This document shows, in pieces, positions 19,201 to 26,569 of a stretch of 41,200 nt of DNA. The DNA lies in the NCBI GenBank assembly GCA_016185565.1, contig JACPNH010000031.1, forward strand, positions 1 to 41,200, written 5' to 3'. The position numbers were made by a program, and so were the translations under genes. Origin of the DNA: Candidatus Woesearchaeota archaeon. GTDB lineage: Archaea; Nanobdellota; Nanobdellia; SCGC-AAA011-G17; JAGVZF01. The first letter of the stretch is position 1. Each line of letters starts with the position of its first letter. The notes below the pieces were generated by a model. The model had not been told where the DNA came from, ran no database searches, and was given only the letters and a program-made list of their open reading frames with translations.

Positions 19201-20109
19201 ATTGAATCAATAAGAGTGATCGAAAACTTCGATGATTACGTGTATGATTTCTCTGTTCCAGAATGTGAAAGTTTTGTTTGCGAAAATATTATTGCTCACA
19301 ATACACTCGAGCTTCCAATAGAAGCATTAAGAAAATTAGGCTATAATATACAGCCGATGAAAGTAAGGGCAGCACTTGCCGTGGCAGGCGGAAGCGAGGT
19401 TAAAGCTGATGAAGGAATAAGGACGAGCTTGAGGATGGGTGATTCTAGTCTGATTGTAGGCGAAATTAGAAGCTTAGAAGCCTTAGCGCTTTTTGAAGCA
19501 ATGAGGGTTGGGGCTTTGGCAAATGTTGTTGCAGGAACAATCCATGGAGATAGTCCTTATGGAGTTTTTGACAGGTTAGTTAATGATTTGCAAGTCCCAA
19601 GAACGAGTTTTAAGGCTGCTGATATAATAATAATTGCAAATCCAATAAGGACTGCTGACGGACTTCATAAAAAAAGGAGAATTGTCAGCATAACAGAGGT
19701 AAGAAAAGAATGGGAAAAAGATCCTTTAAAGGAAAATGGCTTTGTTGAATTAATGAAATATAATCCAACTACAGACCAGCTTGAGTTTACTGACAACTTG
19801 ATTAATGGAGATTCAGATATTTTAAAAGCAATCGCTTCTAATGTAAAAGAATGGGCTGGAAATTGGGATGCTATTTGGGATAGTATAATGCTTAGAGCTT
19901 CTATTAAAAAGACTTTAGTTGAAACCTCAAATAAATTAAAAAAACCATTGTTACTAGAAGCAGGATTTGTTATAAAAAGCAATGATGAATTTCACAGAAT
20001 TTCTGATGAAGTTCGGGAAAAATATGGTTATATAGACTCAAAGAGAATATATTTTGAATGGAATGAATGGTTGAAAAAACAGATAAAATTGCAAAATATT
20101 TATGCTTAA
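16288..20109 (+). CDS. type II/IV secretion-system ATPase (FlaI/ArlI-VirB11-GspE superfamily), interrupted by an intein
   Basis: Walker A GTRSSGKTS; Asp box reconstituted as RIISVED|TLELP after removing the intein; IVGEIRSLEA (Walker B region); AGTIHGDS (His box). SD GGTGA lies 9 nt upstream. The protein is 757 aa without the intein, with a long N-terminal region (about 460 aa before the P-loop). Confidence 0.9.
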   Translation: MFTKKINPGGFELIKEGEEEVMKINYEGLSINPSLEDSDECMADTIDKLVQVPSVNRIIFFQRRNFEYGYEQTQILREIANIFSHLNRQKRLIYFINSLNYHAKSNELRIIIQSILKSDPIGAYVELKRLIREEKLILSRLTTKEETTLSKNYLQILEYVFNLLDKSKLIKSARHYLDGHALGNRFIYKSIFRASITPDFMLTRLAAEVPLDAIEVDAYKIDNDNEVTIYRTKDDIKYLYHINPIEFKISEDEYDLVETARQVLSEHQPKAEEFVNPEKIRQTFFNIGRDLITELAEHKNIDLDYEKIKKLAEILVRYTVGFGLIEILLKDEKIQDISVNGPIGETSVFIVHQDFEECITNIVPSKEDGQSWATKFRIISGRPLDEANPVLDTELIVPGAKARVAIISNPLNPLGLGYSFRRHRDNPWTLPLFINNSMINSLGAGLISFLVDGNRSLLVAGTRSSGKTSFLGSIMVEIMSKYRIISVEDSVTGDTEILIRKNKKIERTTVGKLIDCMILEYGSWYTLSGHEILGNYEDTEILAMNKEGKIIWTRFSKLIRHKTDKNIYEIWTRTGRRIKVTGDHSLFTSGINAQITAFKVKDCKIGNLIAVPRQFPATNKDTKSVIVLDYIHKLKGGYLYGEGLTNFIKYNKYEIIQLGKEYGNSKCTICRWLRKNLLPINIVKDLDSLGQKIQYADNIYYKSAHIGKGLPVKIDLDETFLTFIGLWLADGCYDKKSVILSVAEPENKEIFIKLAIRFGFNLKKHSDKFSIILNSSTLKEILMNVFNLKGNAYTKRIPGWAFTLSKNQISFILKGVYSGDGCVSDKEIVMSLASRKLLSDIQTLFLYFGIILRICQTPRKDNTFRSSISAHNFWRIFQHEIGILPSAKAEKLKILCSKKSSHDTSDILPLEMAEKEKLSLLLDNFNSFDYIKRNNSIGRTKLKQIVLQMSGNDQFTSNLCLLSNSDILWDRIESIRVIENFDDYVYDFSVPECESFVCENIIAHNTLELPIEALRKLGYNIQPMKVRAALAVAGGSEVKADEGIRTSLRMGDSSLIVGEIRSLEALALFEAMRVGALANVVAGTIHGDSPYGVFDRLVNDLQVPRTSFKAADIIIIANPIRTADGLHKKRRIVSITEVRKEWEKDPLKENGFVELMKYNPTTDQLEFTDNLINGDSDILKAIASNVKEWAGNWDAIWDSIMLRASIKKTLVETSNKLKKPLLLEAGFVIKSNDEFHRISDEVREKYGYIDSKRIYFEWNEWLKKQIKLQNIYA
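17755..19302 (+). mobile_element. intein (516 aa) with LAGLIDADG homing-endonuclease domain, in the ATPase Asp box
   Basis: Block A S-VTGDTEIL (Ser1), block B VTGDHSLF, LAGLIDADG motifs FIGLWLADGCYD and ILKGVYSGDGCV, block F VYDFSVPE, and block G IIAHN followed by +1 Thr. Excision restores the conserved (I/V)EDTxEL motif in frame (1548 nt). Confidence 0.85.
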
Positions 20110-20119
20110 AAGAGGTTGA

Positions 20120-22255
20120 ATGACAATTAATGATCAAGAGATACAGGAAATCCTGAATAAATATAGAGATCAACTGAGGTCCAAGGTTGGGAAAGTAGAT
20201 GTAGCTAGTTACACACCAAATAGAGATTTTTCAAGGGAGTATTTAATCTTCAGAAAAGAACTTCTTGGAAATAAAATAACTCTTTATGAAAAGCTTTGTA
20301 ATTTTTCTGAAAAAATTATTAAAATAAACCCTGATAAAAAAGAGATTACTTTCTTGAAGAAGAGCATAGAAGTAGCCCATTTCAACATTTCTTATATAGG
20401 CGTAGCTAGCTTTGCGACTTTAATAGGCTTTACTATTGTAGTTTTAGGATTAATTTATGGAATAATACAGTTTATTGCCACAAAAAGCGTATTGTCTTTA
20501 TTATTGCCGTTATTATTAATGTTATTTGGAGTTCTGTTGATAAGACCCTTAACAAAAATTCCAAATTATATTGCTTCTAGATGGCGATTAAAAGCAAGTA
20601 ACCAGATGGTGTTATGCATTTTGTATATTGTCATGTATATGAGGCATACTAGTAATTTAGAACACGCATTAAAGTTTGCCATTGATCATATACAAGAACC
20701 GCTAAGCCTCGATTTAAGAAAGGTTTTTTTTGATGTAGAAAATGGAAAATATGGTACATTAAAAGAAAGTCTTGATAATTACCTAGAGTCATGGAGAGAA
20801 TACAATCTAGAATTTGTTAATTCATTTCACTTAATAGAGGGTAGTTTGTATGAGCCAACAGAGTCCAGAAGAATTGAATTATTAGATAAGAGTTTAGATC
20901 TAATATTGACAGGAACTTATGAAAAGATGCTTCATTATGCTCAGAATTTAAAGAATCCAATAACAATGATACACATGCTTGGAGTTGTATTGCCTATTCT
21001 TGGATTAGTAATATTACCTTTAGTAAGCTCTTTTATTAAACAAGCGTCTGTAGACACTAAAATAACATTTTTGGTATTTTTATATAATATATTTTTGCCC
21101 ATTACTGTATATATACTTGGAAGTAATCTTCTAAGCAAAAGACCTACAGGATATGGAGAGTCTATAGTGAGCATAAAAAATAAGGGAAATGTGTTTATTT
21201 CCTTAGTGATAGTTTCTTTTTTTGTTTTTATAGGATTACTGCCTATATTATTGTATGCTATAAACAATCAAACTGAGTTTAATTTTGGATTATTTGGAAA
21301 GTTTTTTGATTATAAATGCTTTGATGAGATATGCAGGGGTCCATATGGAGTAGGATCTTTGATATTTAGTCTGTTTGTTCCATTTGGAATAGCATTTGGA
21401 TTGGGGTATTACTTTAAATCAAAAACAAAGCAATCAATAAAAATAAGAGAAGAAACTAAAATACTTGAGCAAGAATTTTCTGGAAGTTTGTTCCAACTGG
21501 GAAATAGGATAGGGGACGGAGTTCCTTCAGAGGTTGCAATTGAGAATATTGCAGATAACATGAAGGGAACCCCTACTGGAAACTTTTTTAGAACAGTTTC
21601 AAATAATATAAGAAATCTTGGACAGAATGTTGAGGAAGCTATTTTTAATTTGAAAAATGGAGCTATATTGAGGTACCAAAGTCCATTAGTTGAAAGTTCA
21701 ATGGAAGTTTTAGTTGAAAGTTCAAGAAAAGGACCTAGTGTAGTGGCTAGAAGCTTAATTAGCATAAGCAATTATGTAAGCCAGATACATAGTGTTAATG
21801 AAAGATTAAAGGATTTATTAAGCGACGTAATTTCTAGTATGAGAAGCCAAATAAGTTTTTTAGCGCCTGTAATAGCAGCTATAGTCGTAGGAATTGCATC
21901 GATGATTGTTAATGTTATAGGAAAGCTTGGCGATTTAGTAGCGAATGCAAACCTTGAATCTACTTCAGATATTCCAACCGGAGGATTAGATGCTATTAGC
22001 GGATTTTTAAGTATTTATGACACAATCCCCGGATATTTTTTTCAGATAATAATAGGGCTTTATGTAGTTGAAATTGTGTATGTGCTTACTGTTCTAGCCA
22101 ATGGCATCGAGAATGGTGCGGATAAAGTAAATGAACAGTACTTGCTAGGGAAAAATCTGCAGAATAGTGTTTTATTGTACATTGCAGTAGCATTAATTGT
22201 TATTTTAATATTTAATGCATTGGCTTCTTTAGTTTTAACAGCAACTAATATTTAG
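20120..22255 (+). CDS. polytopic platform protein, FlaJ/TadC/PilC-like (two T2SS-F-like cytoplasmic domains)
   Basis: 711 aa with many TM segments. Two helical soluble segments (LEHALKFAIDHIQEPLSLDLRKVFFDVENGKY... and VAIENIADNMKGTPTGNFFRTVSNNIRNLGQNVEEAIFNL...) resemble T2SS-F repeats. It lies immediately downstream of the ATPase. Confidence 0.7.
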   Translation: MTINDQEIQEILNKYRDQLRSKVGKVDVASYTPNRDFSREYLIFRKELLGNKITLYEKLCNFSEKIIKINPDKKEITFLKKSIEVAHFNISYIGVASFATLIGFTIVVLGLIYGIIQFIATKSVLSLLLPLLLMLFGVLLIRPLTKIPNYIASRWRLKASNQMVLCILYIVMYMRHTSNLEHALKFAIDHIQEPLSLDLRKVFFDVENGKYGTLKESLDNYLESWREYNLEFVNSFHLIEGSLYEPTESRRIELLDKSLDLILTGTYEKMLHYAQNLKNPITMIHMLGVVLPILGLVILPLVSSFIKQASVDTKITFLVFLYNIFLPITVYILGSNLLSKRPTGYGESIVSIKNKGNVFISLVIVSFFVFIGLLPILLYAINNQTEFNFGLFGKFFDYKCFDEICRGPYGVGSLIFSLFVPFGIAFGLGYYFKSKTKQSIKIREETKILEQEFSGSLFQLGNRIGDGVPSEVAIENIADNMKGTPTGNFFRTVSNNIRNLGQNVEEAIFNLKNGAILRYQSPLVESSMEVLVESSRKGPSVVARSLISISNYVSQIHSVNERLKDLLSDVISSMRSQISFLAPVIAAIVVGIASMIVNVIGKLGDLVANANLESTSDIPTGGLDAISGFLSIYDTIPGYFFQIIIGLYVVEIVYVLTVLANGIENGADKVNEQYLLGKNLQNSVLLYIAVALIVILIFNALASLVLTATNI

Positions 22256-22289
22256 GAAGATTTAAATATATTATTTCAGTTTTTTGTAT

Positions 22290-22403
22290 ATGGATAAAAG
22301 AGGTATGGAATCAAAAACCTTAGTTATGCTGATTTTGGTTATATTGGCTATTATTATAATAGGTTCAATTTTGATAAGCATATTAAAAAATGTTCTCAAA
22401 TAA
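22290..22403 (+). CDS. unannotated micro-ORF (37 aa) with class III signal-like N-terminus
   Basis: MDKRG|MESKTLVMLILVILAIIIIGSILISILKNVLK, read from the sequence and below the ORF-track size cutoff. It has the same KRG + hydrophobic helix design as the downstream genes and overlaps the next ATG by 14 nt. Confidence 0.3.
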   Translation: MDKRGMESKTLVMLILVILAIIIIGSILISILKNVLK

Positions 22404-23265
22404 AGAAGGTGTTGTAGACAAGGCTTTAGTAGAATTTTTAATAGCGGTTGTAGTGATAATAGTTTTGGGACTTGTTTTAGTCGGGTTTAAAAATATAGGT
22501 AAAGATGTGAGTAATAGAGAAACTTGTAGAGCAAGTGTTCTAGCCAATGAAAAACGTTTGGAAGTAGCAGGAACTGAGCTAACTCCTGGATTAACTGATT
22601 TAAAATGTCCTACACAAAAAATTACTGTAAAGGACCCAGAAAAAATAAAATTAATTTTAGCCAATCAAATGTATGACTGCTGGGATAAGTTTGGCCGCGG
22701 GAAGATAAAATTCTTAGACCCAGAAATAGGAACTTATTGTATAATTTGTTCTAAAATAAACTTTGAAGATGAGGCTAAGGGGAAAGAATTAGGCGGATTT
22801 TTAGGTTATTTAGCAGAAACTAAAATAAGGGATGATAGAGGGAATCCTGTGCCTGGAATAGATTATACTTACATAAGATTTTTAACCGATTACGAGACTA
22901 AACAAGATGAATTGGAAAAAATAAAAGCTGTACAAGATGATATTATAAATACTAATAACGATTACGCTGTTATGTTTCTTTATTATAAACAACAACTATT
23001 AGGGAAGCCTGAAAATGCTGCTCTAGGAGGGGTTACAGGATGTGTATTGGGGGGTTTGGTTGGAGTAGGAGCCATAATTTTTTCTGGTGGTAGTTTAATG
23101 CCTGTTCTTGCTCCTATATACGCATCAACCTGTGCTGGAGGCATAGTAGCTGGCGGATCTATTGGTTGGTTGTTAGGAAATGATCCTGGAGCAGAGTGGG
23201 CAGCTAGAGTTGTAACAGTGCCCTATCAAGATATAGATAAACTAGGGTGTACGAGTTTAGAATGA
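22390..23265 (+). CDS. pilin-like protein (class III signal) with C-terminal glycine-zipper hydrophobic region
   Basis: MFSNKEG|VVDKALVEFLIAVVVIIVLGLVLVGF; residues 211-265 are GGVTGCVLGGLVGVGAIIFSGGSLMPVLAPIYASTCAGGIVAGGSIGWLLG. Confidence 0.6.
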   Translation: MFSNKEGVVDKALVEFLIAVVVIIVLGLVLVGFKNIGKDVSNRETCRASVLANEKRLEVAGTELTPGLTDLKCPTQKITVKDPEKIKLILANQMYDCWDKFGRGKIKFLDPEIGTYCIICSKINFEDEAKGKELGGFLGYLAETKIRDDRGNPVPGIDYTYIRFLTDYETKQDELEKIKAVQDDIINTNNDYAVMFLYYKQQLLGKPENAALGGVTGCVLGGLVGVGAIIFSGGSLMPVLAPIYASTCAGGIVAGGSIGWLLGNDPGAEWAARVVTVPYQDIDKLGCTSLE

Positions 23266-23429
23266 AAATAAGAAATAAAAAAGGAGAAATAGAAATAGAT
23301 CAATTAGTAATTTGGATATTGGCAGCATTAGTAGTTGCGCTTTTAATAATTATAATATTTAGACAAAAAGAGAATATCTTAGAGTTTTTGACGAATTTTG
23401 GAAATATATTGAGGTTTGGTGGAGGATAA
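23262..23429 (+). CDS. helix-only mini-pilin-like protein (55 aa)
   Basis: MKIRNKKG|EIEIDQLVIWILAALVVALLIIIIF... The track start at 23247 is GTG. The ATG at 23262 forms an ATGA overlap with the upstream stop. Confidence 0.5.
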   Translation: MKIRNKKGEIEIDQLVIWILAALVVALLIIIIFRQKENILEFLTNFGNILRFGGG

Positions 23430-23983
23430 TGGTTGAAAGTGGTTTTAATAGAATTATAGCAATCATTTTAGGAATATTAGTTTTGATAGCTGTAGTTTTT
23501 GTGTTGTTAAACATAAACAAGTTGGCGAATTATAATCCCTTTAAATCTGTGACTGATAATACTCAAACTAATGATGATGCAAAAAATGAATTTTCTCGCT
23601 TTAAAGATATTTTAAATAACTGCATATCAAAGCAAAGTAATGATTGTTTTTGCACTAAAGAGAAAATTATTTTTCCAACCGATTACAGGCTTGAAATAAA
23701 GAATGATGGAAATTTTAAAGCACAGATAAACCTTTTATCAAATACAAAACAAAGATTAGACAGCATTAATTTGCAAGTCGAAGCATGCAACTTAATAAAA
23801 AAAGTTAATAACGAAAATATAGACAATACATTATCATTACATTATGCTTCGAAATACGAAATTGAGTTTAAAAGGAAAAAGTACGAATTCTTGCCGGATT
23901 ATACTTTTTATAAGAAAAATAATAAGATATGCATTGTAGACAAAGAAATGGCTAATAATCTTGATAAGGACTCATTGTGCTAA
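23429..23983 (+). CDS. pilin-like / N-terminally anchored secreted protein (184 aa, 6 Cys)
   Basis: MVESG|FNRIIAIILGILVLIAVVFVLL, with a TAATG overlap with the upstream gene. The leader is less canonical because it lacks K/R at -2. Confidence 0.5.
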   Translation: MVESGFNRIIAIILGILVLIAVVFVLLNINKLANYNPFKSVTDNTQTNDDAKNEFSRFKDILNNCISKQSNDCFCTKEKIIFPTDYRLEIKNDGNFKAQINLLSNTKQRLDSINLQVEACNLIKKVNNENIDNTLSLHYASKYEIEFKRKKYEFLPDYTFYKKNNKICIVDKEMANNLDKDSLC

Positions 23984-24016
23984 AAAAATTGAACCAAAAA
24001 CCTTAAATATTAAATA

Positions 24017-24394
24017 ATGTTAAATCAGTACAGTATGAATTTAAGAAATGATAAAAGAGGTATCGAACTTTCTATGAATGTTATAATAATTGCAATTATT
24101 CTTGTTATTGTGCTTGTTATTGTGGTGTTGTTTTTCACAGGGGGGGTTACGAACGCCATTTCTAGGATTAAGAGTTTATTAGGAACACAAACTATAGACA
24201 CTAGTACTGCCATACTAAGATGTAATACATTCTGTGAGTCTTATCAAAATACTAATAACATAATATATCAAAGAAACTATTGTGGACAAGAGAAGTTTGA
24301 TATCGATACTAATGGAGATGGTAAGGTGGATAGGTCTGATATCACATGTACTGACTTAGGGGTTAGTTGTTCGGCAATAACATGCGGTGCTTAA
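24017..24394 (+). CDS. pilin-like protein (class III signal) with Cys-rich head and dockerin/EF-hand-like Ca loop
   Basis: ...NDKRG|IELSMNVIIIAIILVIVLVIVVLFF; DTNGDGKVDRSD loop; 6 Cys in the 56 C-terminal residues. Alternative ATG at 24035. Confidence 0.6.
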   Translation: MLNQYSMNLRNDKRGIELSMNVIIIAIILVIVLVIVVLFFTGGVTNAISRIKSLLGTQTIDTSTAILRCNTFCESYQNTNNIIYQRNYCGQEKFDIDTNGDGKVDRSDITCTDLGVSCSAITCGA

Positions 24395-24401
24395 TTTTAA
24401 A

Positions 24402-24587
24402 ATGCGTAAAAATGCAGAGGAATTATCTTTACAAACTATAGTAATTTTTATTATTATAATCATAGTTCTTGTTGTTATTATTTTGGCGTTTAATGGCCAA
24501 TTTTCAGGTATAGCAAACTTTTTTTCAAATATAGTTAACTCTTTAGTTAGTTCTGATACATCTGCTGAAGAAATTATTAATAAATAA
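24402..24587 (+). CDS. helix-only mini-pilin-like protein (61 aa)
   Basis: MRKNA|EELSLQTIVIFIIIIIVLVVIILAF... The track start at 24387 is GTG; the ATG at 24402 avoids overlapping the upstream gene. Confidence 0.45.
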   Translation: MRKNAEELSLQTIVIFIIIIIVLVVIILAFNGQFSGIANFFSNIVNSLVSSDTSAEEIINK

Positions 24588-24588
24588 A

Positions 24589-25143
24589 ATGAATAAAATG
24601 AATAAAAAAGGAGTTGAAGCTCATACACTTTTGGAATCTGGTTTGATAGTCTTAGCTGCCTTTCTTGTTTTATTTTTGATTTATGTTGGGATTCAAGTTG
24701 GTCAAGCATTTTTTGTATCAAAAGATGCAGAAATAAAAAAATCATTCAATAATTTAGTTGAGGATATAGATTCTGTTATAGTTAGTGGAAAAGAAATTAT
24801 AGTTCCCATTTATTTAACGAATAAATATGACCTTGTAGCTTTCGACAGTCAAGGTCATAAATCTGGACCTTATGAAAAGCCAACCGAATGTGGACTAACT
24901 TACTGTATTGTGATATGCAAAAAAGGAATAGTAGGATTAATAGATAATTGCAAACCCCCTATTTCTTTTAAAGTTTATGAAATAGAGATATTATTTGATA
25001 AAGACAAGCCAGTATTAATTTATGGCATTGATGGAATAGTTTTAGTGAATGTTACAAAAGTAGACAACAAGATATCTATCAAGCAACAAACTACAACAAG
25101 CGATGTAACAAAACAACTCTATAAACAAGGTTTTGGCGGCTAA
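24589..25143 (+). CDS. pilin-like protein (class III signal), 184 aa
   Basis: MNKMNKKG|VEAHTLLESGLIVLAAFLVLFLIYV. The start is duplicated (ATGAATAAA x2), so 24598 is an alternative. Confidence 0.6.
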   Translation: MNKMNKKGVEAHTLLESGLIVLAAFLVLFLIYVGIQVGQAFFVSKDAEIKKSFNNLVEDIDSVIVSGKEIIVPIYLTNKYDLVAFDSQGHKSGPYEKPTECGLTYCIVICKKGIVGLIDNCKPPISFKVYEIEILFDKDKPVLIYGIDGIVLVNVTKVDNKISIKQQTTTSDVTKQLYKQGFGG

Positions 25144-25183
25144 GCTAAAAATATTTATATACCTATAAATCAGGATTTATTTT

Positions 25184-25579
25184 ATGGAAAAAAGAGGAGC
25201 TATAACAGAAACTAGTTTTGCCATATTTGGTATTTTTGCAGTGGCATTAATATTGGTTGTTCTTATTAATTATATCAACAATATAAGTAATGATAACGAT
25301 TTTAAGCAGAGGTATATAGTTAGAGATAATGGACTTTTACTAGAAACAATGCAGAATAGCCCTGGAGATATATTTGTAGATTATAAATTAGGCAATGTTT
25401 ACCAATATATAATAAATAGAGATGATAATTCTATATTAATAAAATCAAAGAATATAGAGATTGGGAAGAAATATTTTTTTGTAGATAATAAATTAATTCA
25501 ACTAAACTCAAGACTTTTAGAAACAGATTATTTGATATTTGAAAAAAATGAATCTAAGATAGATATACGAGGTGGATAG
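25184..25579 (+). CDS. pilin-like protein (class III signal), 131 aa
   Basis: MEKRG|AITETSFAIFGIFAVALILVVLI. Confidence 0.6.
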   Translation: MEKRGAITETSFAIFGIFAVALILVVLINYINNISNDNDFKQRYIVRDNGLLLETMQNSPGDIFVDYKLGNVYQYIINRDDNSILIKSKNIEIGKKYFFVDNKLIQLNSRLLETDYLIFEKNESKIDIRGG

Positions 25580-25584
25580 ACAAG

Positions 25585-26082
25585 ATGAAAAAAGGGGTAA
25601 TCTCTGCTGAGGTACTTGTTTGGCTTTATAGGCTTTTAATGTTGGTTTTTGTAGTGATGTTTATTTACTTAATTATAAATGCTTATTTAACTAGATCTAT
25701 TGATACTAACTATTTAGAGGCCTCTGTTTTGTTTTCAAGGCTGATTTATGGAAATAATTGTATTCTTTATAATAATGAGATCAAGGATCAACCAGGAATA
25801 TTGGATTTAAACAAAATAACCGAAAATGACCTTAATAAATGTTTTTCTATTAAGAATAGGGATATTGGTTTTGATGTTAAGCTGCTTAGTGATGATGGAC
25901 AAGTATTAAAGGATGTTATAATTAATAAAGATTTTTTTGATTTAAATGTAGCTTGCAACATAAAGAGGTCTAGGGTTTATTGCGATAATTTTAGAGATTA
26001 TATACTTTATTATGATGGAACTGAGTTTTTGGCCGGGGTTTTAACTTTCGAGGTTGTGATTGCAAATGAACAAAAAAGGTAG
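25585..26082 (+). CDS. pilin-like protein (class III signal), 165 aa
   Basis: MKKG|VISAEVLVWLYRLLMLVFVVMFIYLII; 4 Cys in the globular part. Confidence 0.6.
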   Translation: MKKGVISAEVLVWLYRLLMLVFVVMFIYLIINAYLTRSIDTNYLEASVLFSRLIYGNNCILYNNEIKDQPGILDLNKITENDLNKCFSIKNRDIGFDVKLLSDDGQVLKDVIINKDFFDLNVACNIKRSRVYCDNFRDYILYYDGTEFLAGVLTFEVVIANEQKR

Positions 26083-26569
26083 CTTGGCAGAAGTTTTAGT
26101 TGAACTATTTGCAATTTTTGTTATTGCTATAATATTAATTAGTTTTTGGTATTTAATGGTTTTTTCACCAAAAGAAAAAATAAAAAGAGGAATAGTAGAG
26201 GTTACAAATAAACAAGAGAAATTAACTCTCTTGGACTTATTAAAAACTTCTATAAGATATGATTTTGATAATGATTTAGTCTTAGATGACGGGAATATAG
26301 CAGATTTGATAGTTTATTCATATAAAAAGGGTAATTATGATGATTTTAAGAAAATAACAGAAGAAAAAATAGGGCTTTTGTTCGATGGAACAAAATGTAG
26401 TTTTTATCTAGGAATTTTTGAAGATGATAAATTAATAGTTTCTATGGGTTCTCTGTCCTTTAAGACATCTGTTCAAACAGCAAACGCAATAATACCAATA
26501 GCCGAAAAAAAATTTTTATATATAAATTATGAAGATGATCTTTCTGATTATAGGAGTGGTGGTTGCTAA
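26066..26569 (+). CDS. pilin-like protein (class III signal), 167 aa
   Basis: MNKKG|SLAEVLVELFAIFVIAIILISFWYL. The track start at 26060 is TTG; the ATG is at 26066. Confidence 0.6.
   Translation: MNKKGSLAEVLVELFAIFVIAIILISFWYLMVFSPKEKIKRGIVEVTNKQEKLTLLDLLKTSIRYDFDNDLVLDDGNIADLIVYSYKKGNYDDFKKITEEKIGLLFDGTKCSFYLGIFEDDKLIVSMGSLSFKTSVQTANAIIPIAEKKFLYINYEDDLSDYRSGGC

Noticed and set aside
24589-24606. 9-nt tandem duplication ATGAATAAA ATGAATAAA at a pilin gene start
   Set aside because: It is real in the sequence but trivial. It only makes the start codon ambiguous (24589 vs 24598) and is common in A/T-rich DNA.
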